Positions 1 through 12,907 of a stretch of 64,000 nt of DNA are shown piece by piece. Position 1 is the stretch's first letter; the number at the start of each line of letters is the position of its first letter. Source of the stretch: Spizellomyces punctatus DAOM BR117 (lineage: Eukaryota); NCBI GenBank assembly GCA_000182565.2, contig KQ257452.1. One strand, 5' to 3'. Made by a program: the position numbers and the translations under genes. Under the pieces are notes generated by a model. It saw nothing but the letters and a program-made list of their open reading frames with translations, ran no database searches and was not told where the DNA came from.

Positions 1-373
1 CTCATACGACAAATCCACCCCGCACACCGCTTTCCCAAATTGGAGTTGAAACCCCTCTTCGAATGGTACCCCAATGAGATGCTCATGAATACCCCTAGAA
101 ATCCATCTCGAGTAAATTTGTCGCATCAGGCCATTTGCACGTAATGGCCATGAAAACAAACTCAACGCCAATGCGCCCATAAAACTCCCGTGGAACCACA
201 CCGGGAAACTTGAAGTGATCATACTCGGATAATGGTATACCAGAAGAAATGTCATGTGTTGCATGCATGTGGAAAGATTCTTCGACTTTGGTGTAGGGTG
301 CGAGGAGGAGGTGCGTTGTGAGGCATGTTAGTGTTGTTAAATCGTAGAGGGCATCTTGCTTTGTGTAGGGCAT
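1..373 (-). CDS. ALG12: Dol-P-Man:Man7GlcNAc2-PP-Dol alpha-1,6-mannosyltransferase, 5' part (probably continues off the window start)
   Basis: [13 protein letters not shown]...HD...[12 protein letters not shown] matches the ALG12 N-terminal signature (PYTKVEESF / YDH..FPGVVPR). ATG at 373. Confidence 0.85.
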
Positions 374-592
374 GTCGTTGGGATGATGAGATTGGTCGTT
401 GGCCGCGTTGAGGTTATTGGTAGTGCGGCTTGTACGGATTGGGTAAGCGATCTTTCATGTCGATGTCAACATAGTGTAGAGGTGACAGAAACTGGCACTA
501 GCTACTACACCAGGGAATGAACCAGCGTAAACTGGCTCGGAAAAGCTAACTAACTGAACTACTAGGCAAATTATACACGCAATATGTAACGG

Positions 593-935
593 CTATTCTA
601 AATCGGATAATTGCCCACCACCACACCCGTTCCTACTGGGCCTTGATCCGGAACTCTTGATCGACATTGAAGCCAGAGTCTTCGCAAGAGAGTTAATATC
701 GTCAGGGAGACTCGCAAGCCGGAGGATTTTCAGTAACGAAGGCTTGGAGACTAAACAAGTGCAAGTCAGCCAGATGACAGAAATGACAGAAATGCCATCG
801 GTACATACCAACCAAGCTCAACAAATGTGGCAGCATAATAGCAGTTTTGTTCACGGATCCAATTGGTTGCTGCTGGTTCTGATCGCTGTTGCTGTCGGGT
901 GGACGAGGTCCTCGGCACCACATCTGCATTCTCAT
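593..935 (-). CDS. Small two-exon orphan protein (~94 aa)
   Basis: ATG at 935. A GTATGT...CTGAC...TTTAG intron at 808-751 splices in frame into the 593-750 exon. TATAAAAG on the minus strand at about 1024-1031. No family recognised. Confidence 0.4.
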
Positions 936-1239
936 GATTGGACCGAGTCGCGATGAGAGTTGCGCAGATGCTTTGAGAGTCGAGGATGGGTAAAGAGGAA
1001 AGAGGAAAGAGGGAGCAGGTCCCCTTTTATAGACCTTTGGCATGCGCCTCACCGCAGTTTAAAAGAAAAAACATTACATTAGCATGCCACCGCAGTTTGG
1101 AGAACATTAGCATGCCTCAACCGCTTTGAGCGATGGGGGGTTCTGATTATGCGATATGATTAACCGGATTAATCCGGATAATATTGGCACTACAGCATTC
1201 ACGTGATGCTCTGCCAATCTATACCCCAGTGTACTGTAT

Positions 1240-1306
1240 AATAGACTAGAATTCTAGACCACCACATGACTCACGTGATGCTCGATCTTTATCTGCACAT
1301 GCTGTA
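1240..1306. mobile_element. Solo right end of the MITE family seen at 5372-5926
   Basis: aatagactagaattctagaccaccacatgactcacgtgatgctcgatctttatctgcacatgctg+TA nearly matches 5862-5928. Confidence 0.75.
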
Positions 1307-1621
1307 CAATCACCTCCACACTATGGATTTCTTTTCAAAATTCCACATTGCAAAATATAAAAGCCAAGAAAGCGATCAATAGGTATGCCTTGTTCCGTAT
1401 ATTTTGGAGAATAACGTTTCATTAACATGAATGTTTCTGGAAATGTATAAACACCTCATGACACTCGTAATGGATAACACATTTGGATTTACATGGATAT
1501 CAGTCATCCCAAAACGTTGAATCACAACTCAAATTCGTCAATGGCAACGTATATATCCATATGCGTATTCTTGCATGTCACTATTCAAAAGTGCAAGAAA
1601 GAGGATATCGCAAACTGACAA

Positions 1622-3714
1622 TCATATTTGGGTCGAAAAAAGGATTTCTAGTGCAGATGTAAAGGTTGGCCTGGTACTAGGTTCCAAAGCCCAACACATT
1701 GTCATCAACTGCGCCTTGAAAAGCAAAACCACAATCCATAAGCACCACACACATACGCAGCGTCTCCACCAAAACTAGATCACTCACCAAATTCCCCGGC
1801 ACATACCCCGGAATTCCCGGCCTCGCATTCTCCAACAAAACCCTGATACCAATATGCATAGAATTCATATCCTCATAAGGCCAGCCCCTAGTAGCAATCT
1901 CATGCAACATGATTCCAAAAGCATATACATCAACAGCTTTTCGATTTATGGTTGGGTCGTACCCGCGTAGGATTTCGGGGGCTAGCCATTCGGCGTTGGA
2001 GAGGTAGCGGTTTGATTGGGTTGCGCGGGGGTTGTAGATTGGGGAGGTTAGGCCGTAGTCGGTTAGTTTGACTGTTCCGTCGTCCATAAGCTGGTTTTTT
2101 GTAATGTTAGATTTTGTTTTTGGTGGAAGTAGGTAAACTTGGCTTTTCTATGTACCATGACGTTTTGGGATTTGAGATTCCCGTGCAGGATTGGTGGATC
2201 TTGTTCATGAAGGAACGCCATACCTAATCTCCCAGCAAACCAAATCAAGAATAAATAAATAGATCAAGGTACCGCACTCTCTACTCCCAGACACACAAAC
2301 ACATCACGCTCACCTACCTCGACACACACCAACAGCCATCCCCATCGCAACCTCAGGACTCATATCCACACTCGCATCATGCAAAAAAGTCCACGCATCA
2401 CCATAAGGAACAACCTCAGTCAACACCCCAATATTAGGCGGAACAACACAAGCCCCCAAAATAACAAGTAAATTCGGGTGAAATAGTTTTCGTAGAGTAG
2501 CGAGTTCGGATTTAAGTGTATTTAGATCGTCGGGTGTGATATTTGTTTGGTCTTGTGGGGTTTTGATGATGACGTCGTAGTTGTTCCAGCGGCCTCGGCG
2601 GGTTAGAAAGTGGCGGGATCGGGAGAGGGGGGTTGGTGCTATTTGTACGGATGTTGCGGTGATTTCCCAGTCTACTCCGCCTGAAACGCAGAAAAAACAA
2701 AAAACTTGGTTTAAAAAGTGACTTCAACTAGCTTTTGTTGCTCACTGCTTTGCAACAAAAAACCATGCCCAGTGAGTGCACTTTCTTACCTTTCGCCAAA
2801 AACCGTTGCTTGGCCTCTTCTTTCGCCTGTGCAAACGTCCTAGCTACACACAACAACATTCAATCTCCCAATAAACAAACCACGCACACAACAACGCCGT
2901 ACCATTAGCCTGCACCGTCCTCGCCACAGCCGCCTCCGCCTTCAACACCTCCTTAATCTCCTCACTGGTCCTCAAAAGCGGTGTCCGCTGATACTTGTTC
3001 TTGACAGCTACATGTGCACCTGCTTCTTGAGCCAAGTACACTGCAACTTGTTTGTGTCGCCAGAAACATGCGTAGTGGAGTGCGGTGTTGCCGTGGTCGT
3101 TTGCGTGGTTGACTATGAAGAGGGCATTTTTGTTAGGTTTTGCTTTTAGTTTTCGAACCACGAAGGAGGATTGTGATGTACCGTTTGCACCCCGCGCTAC
3201 AAGCTACAAAAGCATCAAATAAAAAAAAAAACATACATTACAAAAACCGCAAAAACGATAATCACAAACGATTCAATGATTCACCTTTTTAACAACCCCC
3301 AACATCCCCTTCGAAGCCGCCAATATCAACGCCGTATCCCCAGCAACATTTAGCGCATCCACTTCCACATTCCCGTGTGCGAGTGCCCAATCTACAATCG
3401 ATTCGTGTCCTATTTGGCCGTATCCATCAGAGATGAGTTACTCTTCGTTGGATTGGATAGGCTTGGAAAAGGGAATGTACCAGTTTTTGCGTACCGTATT
3501 TACAAGCAATATGCAATACAGTGTTTTCCTGTAAATCTCTATTCCAAAAAAAACCGGTATAGTACCCAAATCCTTTTCATTGTCCTCCCAAAACTTGAAC
3601 AAGGATAATATCATACCGTTCTGCAGCGAGTTCACTTGCAGTCTCGGGATCGTTCACATGCGCTTGGATGCCTTCTAAATCCCCTGCTTTGGCCTTGTCG
3701 TGTATAACACCCAT
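1622..3714 (-). CDS. ILK: Integrin-linked kinase homolog (ankyrin repeats + pseudokinase), multi-exon
   Basis: Ankyrin segment NDHGNTALHYACFW...KNKY parallels ILK's NEHGNVPLHYACFW...CNKY. C-lobe WLAPE...NRKAVDVYAFGIMLHEIATRGWPYEDMNSMHIGIRVLLENARP parallels ILK. Catalytic loop HGNLKSQN lacks the Asp. ATG 3714, TGA 1622-1624. Confidence 0.85.
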
Positions 3715-3915
3715 AGAAAAAGTATTGGTCCCAGAAGGGCGACAGAAATCGTAAGGCAACCAGAGTTCCTGCAAACCCTCCGCAGATCTGGTGATTACGT
3801 GAGTGTGTCATGTGATTGAACTGTTCAAGGACGAAAGGCGAGCTTGAGCAGAAGGATTGCTGATCTCTTTATTGCATTCCTTTTATTTTTGGAGATTTGC
3901 TGCTTTATTGGTACG

Positions 3916-4984
3916 ATGGGAGACTTGAAGGATTACCTCAAAAAGTACATGTCGTCCAACGCGGACGGCATTACGAAAAAAAAGCGAAAAAAGCGCCCAC
4001 AACCTACGTCGGGGGGTACGACGCAAATCATTGACGAAGAAGTCGACTGGGCTGTCTCCAATCAAAAAGACGATGACGAGGATGCTCCTGTTATTGTTGA
4101 CCCTGAAGCTGAGGACGGGGGGAACACTAAACCCATGTTCAGGAGCGATGCATGGCAGACGATCCGAGAAGGGGAGAGAAGGTCTCCGTCACCTTCCCCG
4201 CCGCCTACACGAAAAAGGGCATCACCATCCCCCTCGCCACCAATACACAGAAAACGTCGAAGATCCCCATCACCAACTCCACCCCCTCCCACGAAATCCC
4301 ATAAACCAAATTCCCCACCCCGCCTCTCAGATGGTCGTAGAGCAGGCCTCCAAACCGGAGCAGCCATCCGGCAGGACGCCCAAGAACGTGAAATGGCCCG
4401 CCAAAAAGCTCTGTCAAATCTGACACCCTCACAAACCGGTCAACACGCCCAAACAGTGTACAGAGACAAACACGGCAAAAAAGTCGATCTGGCTGCCCAG
4501 AAAGCCGAATTGGCTGCCATGCGACGTCAACGGGAGGCACAAGAAGAAAAGGACATGGTATGGGGTAAAGGCGTCGTACAACAACGTGAAGCAGAACAAG
4601 ATGCCAAACGTCTTGAAATGGAACAAGATCGTCCGTTAGCTGTCTATGTTGATGATGTGGAACGGAACAAGGAGCTCATGGACCGAGATCGATGGGGTGA
4701 CCCCATGGCATTTATGACTGCCAAGAAAAAGAAAAAGGACAAGGACCGCCCTGTCTACCGTGGTCCACCGCCTCCACCCAACAGATTTGGTATCCCACCT
4801 GGGTATAGATGGGATGGCGTGGACCGGTCCAATGGATTCGAGACACGGTACTTTCAAGCAAAGAATCAACGCAGTGCGATTCAACTTGAGGCGTACAAGT
4901 GGTCGACAGAGGTAAAAAAAAACCCCCAAACAAAACATACTTTTATATTCTATACTTACGCATTTTCCATTATAGGATATGTAA
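3916..4984 (+). CDS. BUD13: Pre-mRNA splicing factor Bud13/Cwc26 (RES complex)
   Basis: NRFGIPPGYRWDGVDRSNGFE signature. Intron 4912-4975 gives the canonical ending AYKWSTEDM*. Confidence 0.93.
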
Positions 4985-5371
4985 AAAAAATAACGGTCCA
5001 ATATCCACTTTGTACATACCACTCCACCACCGTTAACCAGTAGTCACCCTGTATGTCGGTTATAGTGCATTACCTCAATTAAGGGCGCACAGTCACTGCA
5101 CACATCTTTCCAGTCACGCTAAGCCCGTGGTTCCATCTCAGTTGCAGTGTGCCATAAATGGGTGACTAGTTAATGGTGGTGGAGTGGTATGTACTGTACT
5201 CCTCATCATACAACCCGAGTCGAGGTGTTTAATGCTTAAAAATGTTGAAAAAAACAGGCGGGGTATTTTGTATGCATCGGATAATAATTTCTGAAAATGT
5301 ACTCTAATGACATACCCAGCAAAAATCGTACAGTACATCGGGCATGTGGCAATGGTTCGAATGCATACATA

Positions 5372-5926
5372 CAGCATGTGCAGATAAAGATCGTGCATCA
5401 CGTGAGTCATGTGGTGGTGGACGCGGTATCTTATAATACAATAGAAAATGTCCCAGCCCCGTGATCTGTTCCTTGATGTGCTGTCACATGACCCTGCTGT
5501 GATCTTGCATCGCAAATCTCACTTTCTGTTGCTCTATCTGCTTGATTTGTCTCATCAGGATTAGAGCATCTTTTTGCCACAATATACTGAACGTCATTCC
5601 AAATTACTGTCCCCTTATGGCTGTTAACTGTATAGTAATTACCAAGGCCAGTGGTCTTCTTTTGCCGCCAGGAATTGAGCCCCAAGTTGTATCTTGCAGT
5701 AGTTTGAAAATACAGAGTGAAAGTAAAGACCTTTTACCGGGATATATACATCATATGGTAAATAGAGAGTGCTTCCGTAATGTAGCTGTATTTGCTTTCT
5801 GTCTCATTATTTTTTGAGGTCTGTCAAGTGCGTTGCACGCACGAGCTCACACACTAGTTAGAATAGACTAGAATGCTAGACCATCACATGACTCACGTGA
5901 TGCACGATCTTTATCTGCACATGCTG
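5372..5926. mobile_element. Non-autonomous Tc1/mariner-type MITE (~555 bp)
   Basis: ~47-bp terminal inverted repeats (cagcatgtgcagataaagatcgtgcatcacgtgagtcatgtg... at 5372; reverse complement ending at 5926), flanked by TA on both sides (5370-5371, 5927-5928). No transposase inside. Confidence 0.85.
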
Positions 5927-6399
5927 TACTGTACGAGCAACTGAGTGGGCAGATTAAAGACTGGCTATATATGTTAACTAGTGTGAACACATGCATGCAA
6001 CACACCTGACAGAAGACTTGATAAATACAAAAGATGCAGTTTATTATTATTTATTTCCTATGCAAGGATAGTTGAAATCTAACCAGTGCTCAGCTCGTCT
6101 GGTGATTACGTCGATACTAGTTGTGTAATATGGACGCATCTGGTCATGTGGCATCACGTCATGACTTGTACTGTACGTTATATTTAGATATCGCATCCCA
6201 TGCTTGAATGCACTCCTCGGGATGCAGGTGGTAGTACCTTTACGCTCTCGTTCTCGATTACATAAGGTAGGAGATGCATCAATGTGGCGCAAAAAAGAAG
6301 GAGGTGTCTCTTACCCCTTGCATCATTTAAAAGCAAAACCTGTGTCGTATCCCCCCTTCTGTTCTGGTTCTAGCATCTCAGGCTCCACCGCTTCTTACG

Positions 6400-8352
6400 A
6401 TGTCGGAATCGCTTAATATTCCTGTGGTGCCCTATTGGAAGGATTGGGTTAAGCGCGGTGGAACGTGGGAAGACTGGAAAGCCAAACTGCAGTCCGTGAG
6501 AGCCGAGCTTGCTGTCTGGGAAAGTCGCACCGACCTCGATCGTTCGTCCAAACGATCAGTACAAAAAAGAAAGATTGCTTGGGAAAAAGCAAATGCTGTG
6601 GTACGTGCGTTGATCTGTTTACGTGTCCTTCAGTTCCTAATATCTATCCCTTTCAAGAATCACATTGACTGGGCCAAAGCAGATGATCGACAAGTTCAAA
6701 ACACGCGCCTTCTCCTCGAAACTCAGAGATATTCACTTCCCTCCTTCGCCAGCACATACAATACGACTGCACAAGGTGTCTTTTTTCCTTTGGAGGAGCG
6801 AAAGAGGTCAGCTACGCCGCCATCCCAAACCCAAGACTTCAAGCGTCCCCGTCTGCTTCCTGGCACCGAAGACAGTGATGACGATGATAGCGATGACGTA
6901 CTTGAAACGGATACGGATGAACAAGACATGGAGATTCCGGGATTGGAGAAAGTCCTCAAAGGATCAGATATCACTCTCCCAAATGATGTGCGTTTTTTTT
7001 TCCATCTTGGTGCTGAATGATCTGCAACTGATTGATAAACTCTATCATCAGTTAACCATCTCCAATGTCAACTGTGCACGTCTGATTCGGCTAGTAATGC
7101 GTGATATTTTGTTGGATCAGCAAAAGCCAGTGCATGATCGCACCTTCGCCAAGAATGATTGCGTGAAAATAGTGTAAGAATTTGTGTTGGAGTGGATTCG
7201 CCGATATATGATTCTAACCCTCCTTTCTAGTTCTTTAAAAAGAGGAATCCTACTCACAAAGCGTCTGCCGGAGGCATATGCGCCATACATTACATGTCAA
7301 GAGTGGTCACAAGTGTATCAGAGCATGGCCCCCGATACATTTTGGGATGTCATTGCTCAGTCTCCAAGCACGTCCATAGTTGATGCAGTACATGAATTCG
7401 AGACGAGCAAAATAAATGAGGAAGATTCAGAGACCTGTAGTATCCCACCGTTCAGCGGTTTAGCCAGGGACGAAGCAGTCGCGTTGCAAGCCCTGTGAGT
7501 ATAGTTGATTTCGCTGCAGATTGTCGCGATGGAGATGGAATAACAGTCTTCTTTCCATAGCTATTCTCATGTTGATATGGATGCACCCGAGCCTGAACAT
7601 GAGGCATCGTTCACTTCAAAGTACGTCATGCCCCACTTTAATAGACTTAAACAAAAGAGATGGAAAATGTTGCTGTAAGTCCACTAGCATCTCCTTTCAG
7701 TATGTCTCCTCATCATGAACCTGGTACGGCTTCCTACTAGCGACACTACTATGGTAGATCGCCTCCGTCCAGACATTACCATAAAGGCTGGTTCCCGACC
7801 TGTACTATTGGTTGAGCTAAAGGCACCGTACGCGGCGAGCAGCAAACGCAATCTTCAATTGGGGGAAGGATTGACACGAGGATTGCAGTTTCTGAAGTCC
7901 GATCTAGTGGAATACGATTGGGAAAGTCAAAATCCCCAAATCTATACTGCTATCGCTCCTGGTGAGTATATATTTTGATTACATGAAAATTTATCTATTC
8001 TAAAGGCATGTCATCTGTTCACTTAGATGGAGTTAATTTTCAGATTTACTCTATCCAAATCCGGGAGCAAATCTGTTTCTTTGTACAGCTGGGGAAAATC
8101 CCTATCGTAACATGTCTGGACAATATCGCCAACCTACCGCGTGCTTTAGTCGGCTTCACTCATTTGAGGAGTATAGTTGCCAGACACGTAGAGAATATTC
8201 GAAGTCAGAGCAAACGGAACGTATTCCATCCCCCGCCTGAAGCTCACACGACACCGGATAAAAGTCGGCTGTTGGAAAACTTGCGCACAGTATATCCGTC
8301 AGCAATCACACCAGACAAATTAGTGGCAAAAAGAAGAGGTAGTGCTACATGA
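6400..8352 (+). CDS. PD-(D/E)XK restriction-endonuclease-fold protein (Crinkler/CR-REase-like), 7 exons
   Basis: Spliced reading HEASFTSKYVMPHF...RLRPDITIKAGSRPVLLVELKAP gives the E...PD...ExK motif. It has an acidic linker and GT-AG introns starting near 6601, 6988, 7174, 7495, 7675 and 7962. Confidence 0.7.
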
Positions 8353-8563
8353 ACTTATTAGTTGAATCATTTATTTATTAGTATATATTACATGTAAGTC
8401 TACTCCACTTTTCTATTCTACTCTACTTATTACCGGACAAAAATGTGTAATGTAGTAGAATAAATATGGACAACAATGTGTTATGTAGTAGAATATTTAG
8501 AAGTTTCGTTTGAAATAACCATCAGACGCGCCTTGCAGCTTGTGCCAACACGCAGAGATCACG

Positions 8564-10703
8564 ATGACCATCCCTTCACCCATTCCCCTCCTCACGACCG
8601 CCCAAGAACTCTTACAAAGCGGACTAGCATCCTCTGCAGAACTCCTCGTACGTACGATCTCATTTGCATACCCTGCGTTTCATTTCTGACACCTATTTGC
8701 ATTTAGTTGGGTTACGTCCTCTCCGTTCTCCCCCCACCAACAACATCGGATGTACATGCCCACGCACAAGATTTGCTGGGAGATTGTCTAGTGGAATCGA
8801 AAGAGTTTCCTCGTGCCCTGGTACGTAACCTTCATTGCGTATGATAACGCAAGCATCTCATTGGTTTTCGTAGAAATGCTACGAGTCTGCTGTCCGGTGC
8901 TTTGAATCCCAAGAAAATGTGTGGAGAGTGCGGGAAAAGGTTGCCGGATGTTTAGTTGCATGTGGGGATGTCATTGGCGGGATTGATGAGGTATGTTTTC
9001 TGCAAATGGTTGGGGTTTTTTATGGGTGTGTGGAGTAATTAATGATGATTTTGTGTGTAGATGGAGCGGATTCCAAAAGATGTTGTGAGTATCAAGGGGT
9101 TGAGGCTCTTGGCGGGGTGGTATGAGACGGTTTTTCGAATTGAGTAAGTCATGTATTCTTTTCACGACTTTGGATGATATTAACGAATTCCCGTGTTTTT
9201 TTTACTATAGGCAGGCGCGAGATACGTACCTCCTGATCCTCCAGTAAGTTTCGCATCTGCCAAAACATGCCGACCAACATGCTTACAGTTTATTAGAAAG
9301 CAGCCTCTTGCGACGGAAGCCGTGTTGGGTGCCATCAAGTGTGGTGCGGAACCGAGTACCATGCATCTCCCGCCTTGGGTTACATCATATGTTGAGGGAT
9401 ATGCGCAGATACAGGGGTATAAATACAAGGGTAAGATGATTGTCAATGATACTTCATGCACAAGTGGGATACTCATGTGAACGACTCTTAGATGCAATTA
9501 AAACGTTTTTGGAACTGCAAAATACGACACCGCTTAATCTCCATGTTTTGCATGGTCTTTCGGATGCGTATTTTATGAGCGGGGATGGTGTTAATGCCTT
9601 TTATGTATTTCGGCAGGTAAAAAAGTGTTGCCTACGTTATATCTTCATTTGTATACTGAATTGACAATCATCTAGATCAGAAAACGCGATCCAGAAACGA
9701 TTCGACACATGGACCGCTACGCATCCCTCCTCGCCTCCCGAAACAAGACGGACGTTCTATCAAAGTAAGCCTGGTGCATTCTTGTTTATTTTCATCATTG
9801 TTTATTAAGAATGATTAGGTTGGCAGTCGATCTTGTCAAGCGGTACCCGAACCACCCTGAATCATGGTGTGCCATGGCATATTATTGGCGATCAGAAGGA
9901 GACGATGAAAAGGCTTTGCATTTTTGCGAAAAGGTGATACACAGCACTTTCAAATCTTCTCATATCCTTTGCTAACGACATTTTCAATTAGTCCCTCGCC
10001 CATTCTCCCACTCACCCTCAAACCCACCTCCTAAAATCCACTCTCCTCCCGCCTCAACATGCCCTCCCTACTCTGCACAAAACCCTCCTACTCTCTCCTA
10101 CCCTCGAAACCTACACAACCCTCCTAAACATTTACATATCCCAAACCCGCTACACCGAAGCCCTTACCCTCGTCTCCGACCTCGCACACCGCATGCCATC
10201 CCACCCCCCAGCCCTATCCCTCGTCGCCAAAACCCTCTTTGAAGCAAACCAACCCCGTAAATCCCTCTCTGTCTACCAACACGCCTTTGAATTAGATCCT
10301 ACTGATGAGGGTGTTTGTATTGGTTATGCTCAAGTATGTGAGGCGCTTGGACAGGTCTCTAAAGCGGAGAGTGTTCTCAAGGGGTGTGCGAGTGTTGGGT
10401 GTCGGGTTCTGCTGGCTGGAGTTTTGGGACGGGCTGGAAGGGTTCATGAGGGATTGGAGGTTGTGAATGGAGTTTTGGTGTATGTATGCCCTTTATGCTT
10501 TTTTTTTATGTATTTTGTGTGTGCTAACTGTGTGTCTTTTTATTATCAGGATGGACCCAACGCATCCGGAAGCCCTCTCGACACTTGACACGCTCCATCG
10601 CCTCGTATCACGCCCAGAAGAGGATGAACCACCTGAAGAAGACGACGAAGACGAGGATGAACGGGAGCGAGTTGAAGAATTGTCGAATGGACTCGAGTTT
10701 TAG
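8564..10703 (+). CDS. TPR-repeat protein, probable anaphase-promoting complex subunit 7
   Basis: Many-exon TPR protein. Segments QPLATEAVL, DPETIRHMDRYASLL and HPESW resemble ANAPC7 (CPLALDAIL, DPYLIKGMDVYGYLL, HAEPW). Acidic C-terminal tail. Confidence 0.6.
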
Positions 10704-11079
10704 AGTTTTTTGTGTGTAATCTAGTGTTTATGGTGTTTATTACTATTTATTTGCTGCCAAAAGTGCCTGCACAGTGTCTTGTACAGACTGTCATGGGCTC
10801 AGAGTGGTACGTCCCCATACAAGGAAATGTACAATGTGCTTTGCAAAAGGGTGTACTCTATACCAATGTGTTCCCGTGGTGTCGTGCGCAGTATATTACA
10901 TTCGGAGGTTCATGATCTCCCTACAAGACGATGATTGAAAGCATATCGAATGGGTGGTACATCCAGAGCTGGTATGTGTGCTTGTCAGTTCTGCTATAGC
11001 ACAATAGAATCCAAAGTTAACAAATTAACAAAAAAAAGGTAGTAAAATACAAAACCCACTACGACTATGAGAAGAGAGC

Positions 11080-12907
11080 CTACAACCCCCCAGCCCTCTT
11101 TAAATTCCTATGCTCAATCACCCGGTTCTTTATCTTCCGATACGTCCGTACCGTAAACAACCGATCCAACCCCTCCCTCCTCTCAACGGACTCGACAGGA
11201 GGCGCAACATCATAATCCACAACAGCCGCCAAAATCGATGGATCAGCCGGATGGATCGGTGCATGTCCTTCCAATCTCGACACTGCATGGGGGTCTCCAT
11301 GTCGAGCTGCAAGTGTGTACCACTCCAACGCTTCCTCCATATCCCCCTGAACCCCAATTCCGTTTTCAGTAAAATACCCGACAGCATACTCGGCTTTTGC
11401 TAACCCCTTTTCAGCAGCCTTTCGAGCCCAAATATAGGCTTCCTCGTCATCTTGTACGAGAATCTCTTTACCGTTCGCGTCTTCTGCTCCCGTGAAATGC
11501 CATGCACAGAGCTCGTACATGGCTTCTGCGCTGCCTTTTTGGGCTGCAAGGGAGTAATAGTTTATTGAGGCACTTGGATCGATGGTGGCACCGAGGTCAC
11601 CAAATTGGTATATGTGTCCCAATCGGAGTTGGGAAGGGACGTGTCCTAGCTTTGCGGCGCGGCGGAGGAGGTCCAACGCGGTTGCCGGGTCGGCTTTACC
11701 GTTTAATGCATTTGGGTCGTGTTCGTGGAGGAGGGCGAGTTGGTAAAGGGCGTGTGGGTGTTTGGGTGTTGCGTACCGCGCAGATAGGTTAAGCCATTTG
11801 ATGGACGACGAAATATTGCGGGGTTGCCCGAGTTCGCCGTTGGCAAGAATCATGCCGAGGCGGTACATGGCACCTGGGTGATGAGCTATCGCTGCCTTGC
11901 GGTACTTTTTGACAGCCGATGCAGGATCAGGGGGTGCATTCGTTCCTCGACCGTGTTCGTAGCAGAGTGCAGCATGGTACGTTGCATCTGCGTGACCTAC
12001 ACTCTACCATCAATCACCCATCTAAATGGACCTCAAAAACCAAACAGTAAAACATACCCTTTTTGGCTGCACTCAAATACAATGGGAACGCCTTCTCGTA
12101 ATCCGGCTTATGCCTCGTCTGAGACCCAGGAACACCCGTAATCAACAAACACCCAAACGTAAACTGCGCATCCGCGTACCCCTCTTTGGATAACTCCCGC
12201 AATATCTTCAAACCTTCGTCCAAGTAAGCTTTTTGACCTGTTTCGAGGTACCGTAGGTTTTCAATGAGGTATTTCGCGTATGCGTATCGTGCGGATTGAG
12301 AGGTGGGTGATGAAGGGGATACGGATGCAGCATGTTTGAGTTTATCAATGGTTTCAAGGAGTGACAGTTGGGTTTGGACTGCTGTCGGTGTGTGTTTGAG
12401 TCTGAAGATGGTGTGAGGGTTGTGCGGGTCTGGGCGTTCAGAGTCTTCTATACTGCTTGCTGTGCTTGTTGTGCTTGTTGTGCTGGGTCGTCGGTCTCGT
12501 CGGGTGTACGGAACGGAGAGGTCGGTTGTTGTGGGAGACGGGGAAAGAGGTGGAGAAATGGGACCTTGCTCCAGGTCATTCATGATGAGACGAGCGGGTC
12601 TGGAGAGCTTGCGCATGGCCCGAATACCGACTTCCTCGACTTGAGGATATTGCTCTTCGTTCACTTCATGCTTGGTCCCAACATCTTTACTCTCAGAACT
12701 AGCAATGGAATGACGTTTCCTCTCTCCATGCTTGGGTCCGCGCGCAAAGGCATCCAATGAATTCCTTCCATCTCCACTTTCGTATACGGTTTTAATAAAC
12801 TTGCTCTTGTCGTTTCCTTGTTTGGGAGCTATCTGCCAAGAACGAATGGGTTGCCGTGACCGTTGCTTGGGGGGTAACGGAGGTGTTGCTAGATCGTCTG
12901 CCACCAT
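11080..12907 (-). CDS. Sel1-like repeat protein (chitin synthase activator Chs4/Skt5-like)
   Basis: Multiple SEL1 repeats (AMYRLG, ALYQLA, SQLRLG, AMYELCAW, AEYAVGYFTENGIG, WYTLAARHG) after a low-complexity N-terminus. Start is approximate. Confidence 0.75.

Noticed and set aside
472-1192. Possible TAGTG...CACTA-bounded transposon
   Set aside because: Only a 5-bp inverted match and no target-site duplication.
8442-8495. Short direct repeat atgtg.tatgtagtagaata downstream of the nuclease-like gene
   Set aside because: AT-rich, about 20 bp, and no matching partner upstream to define an element end.
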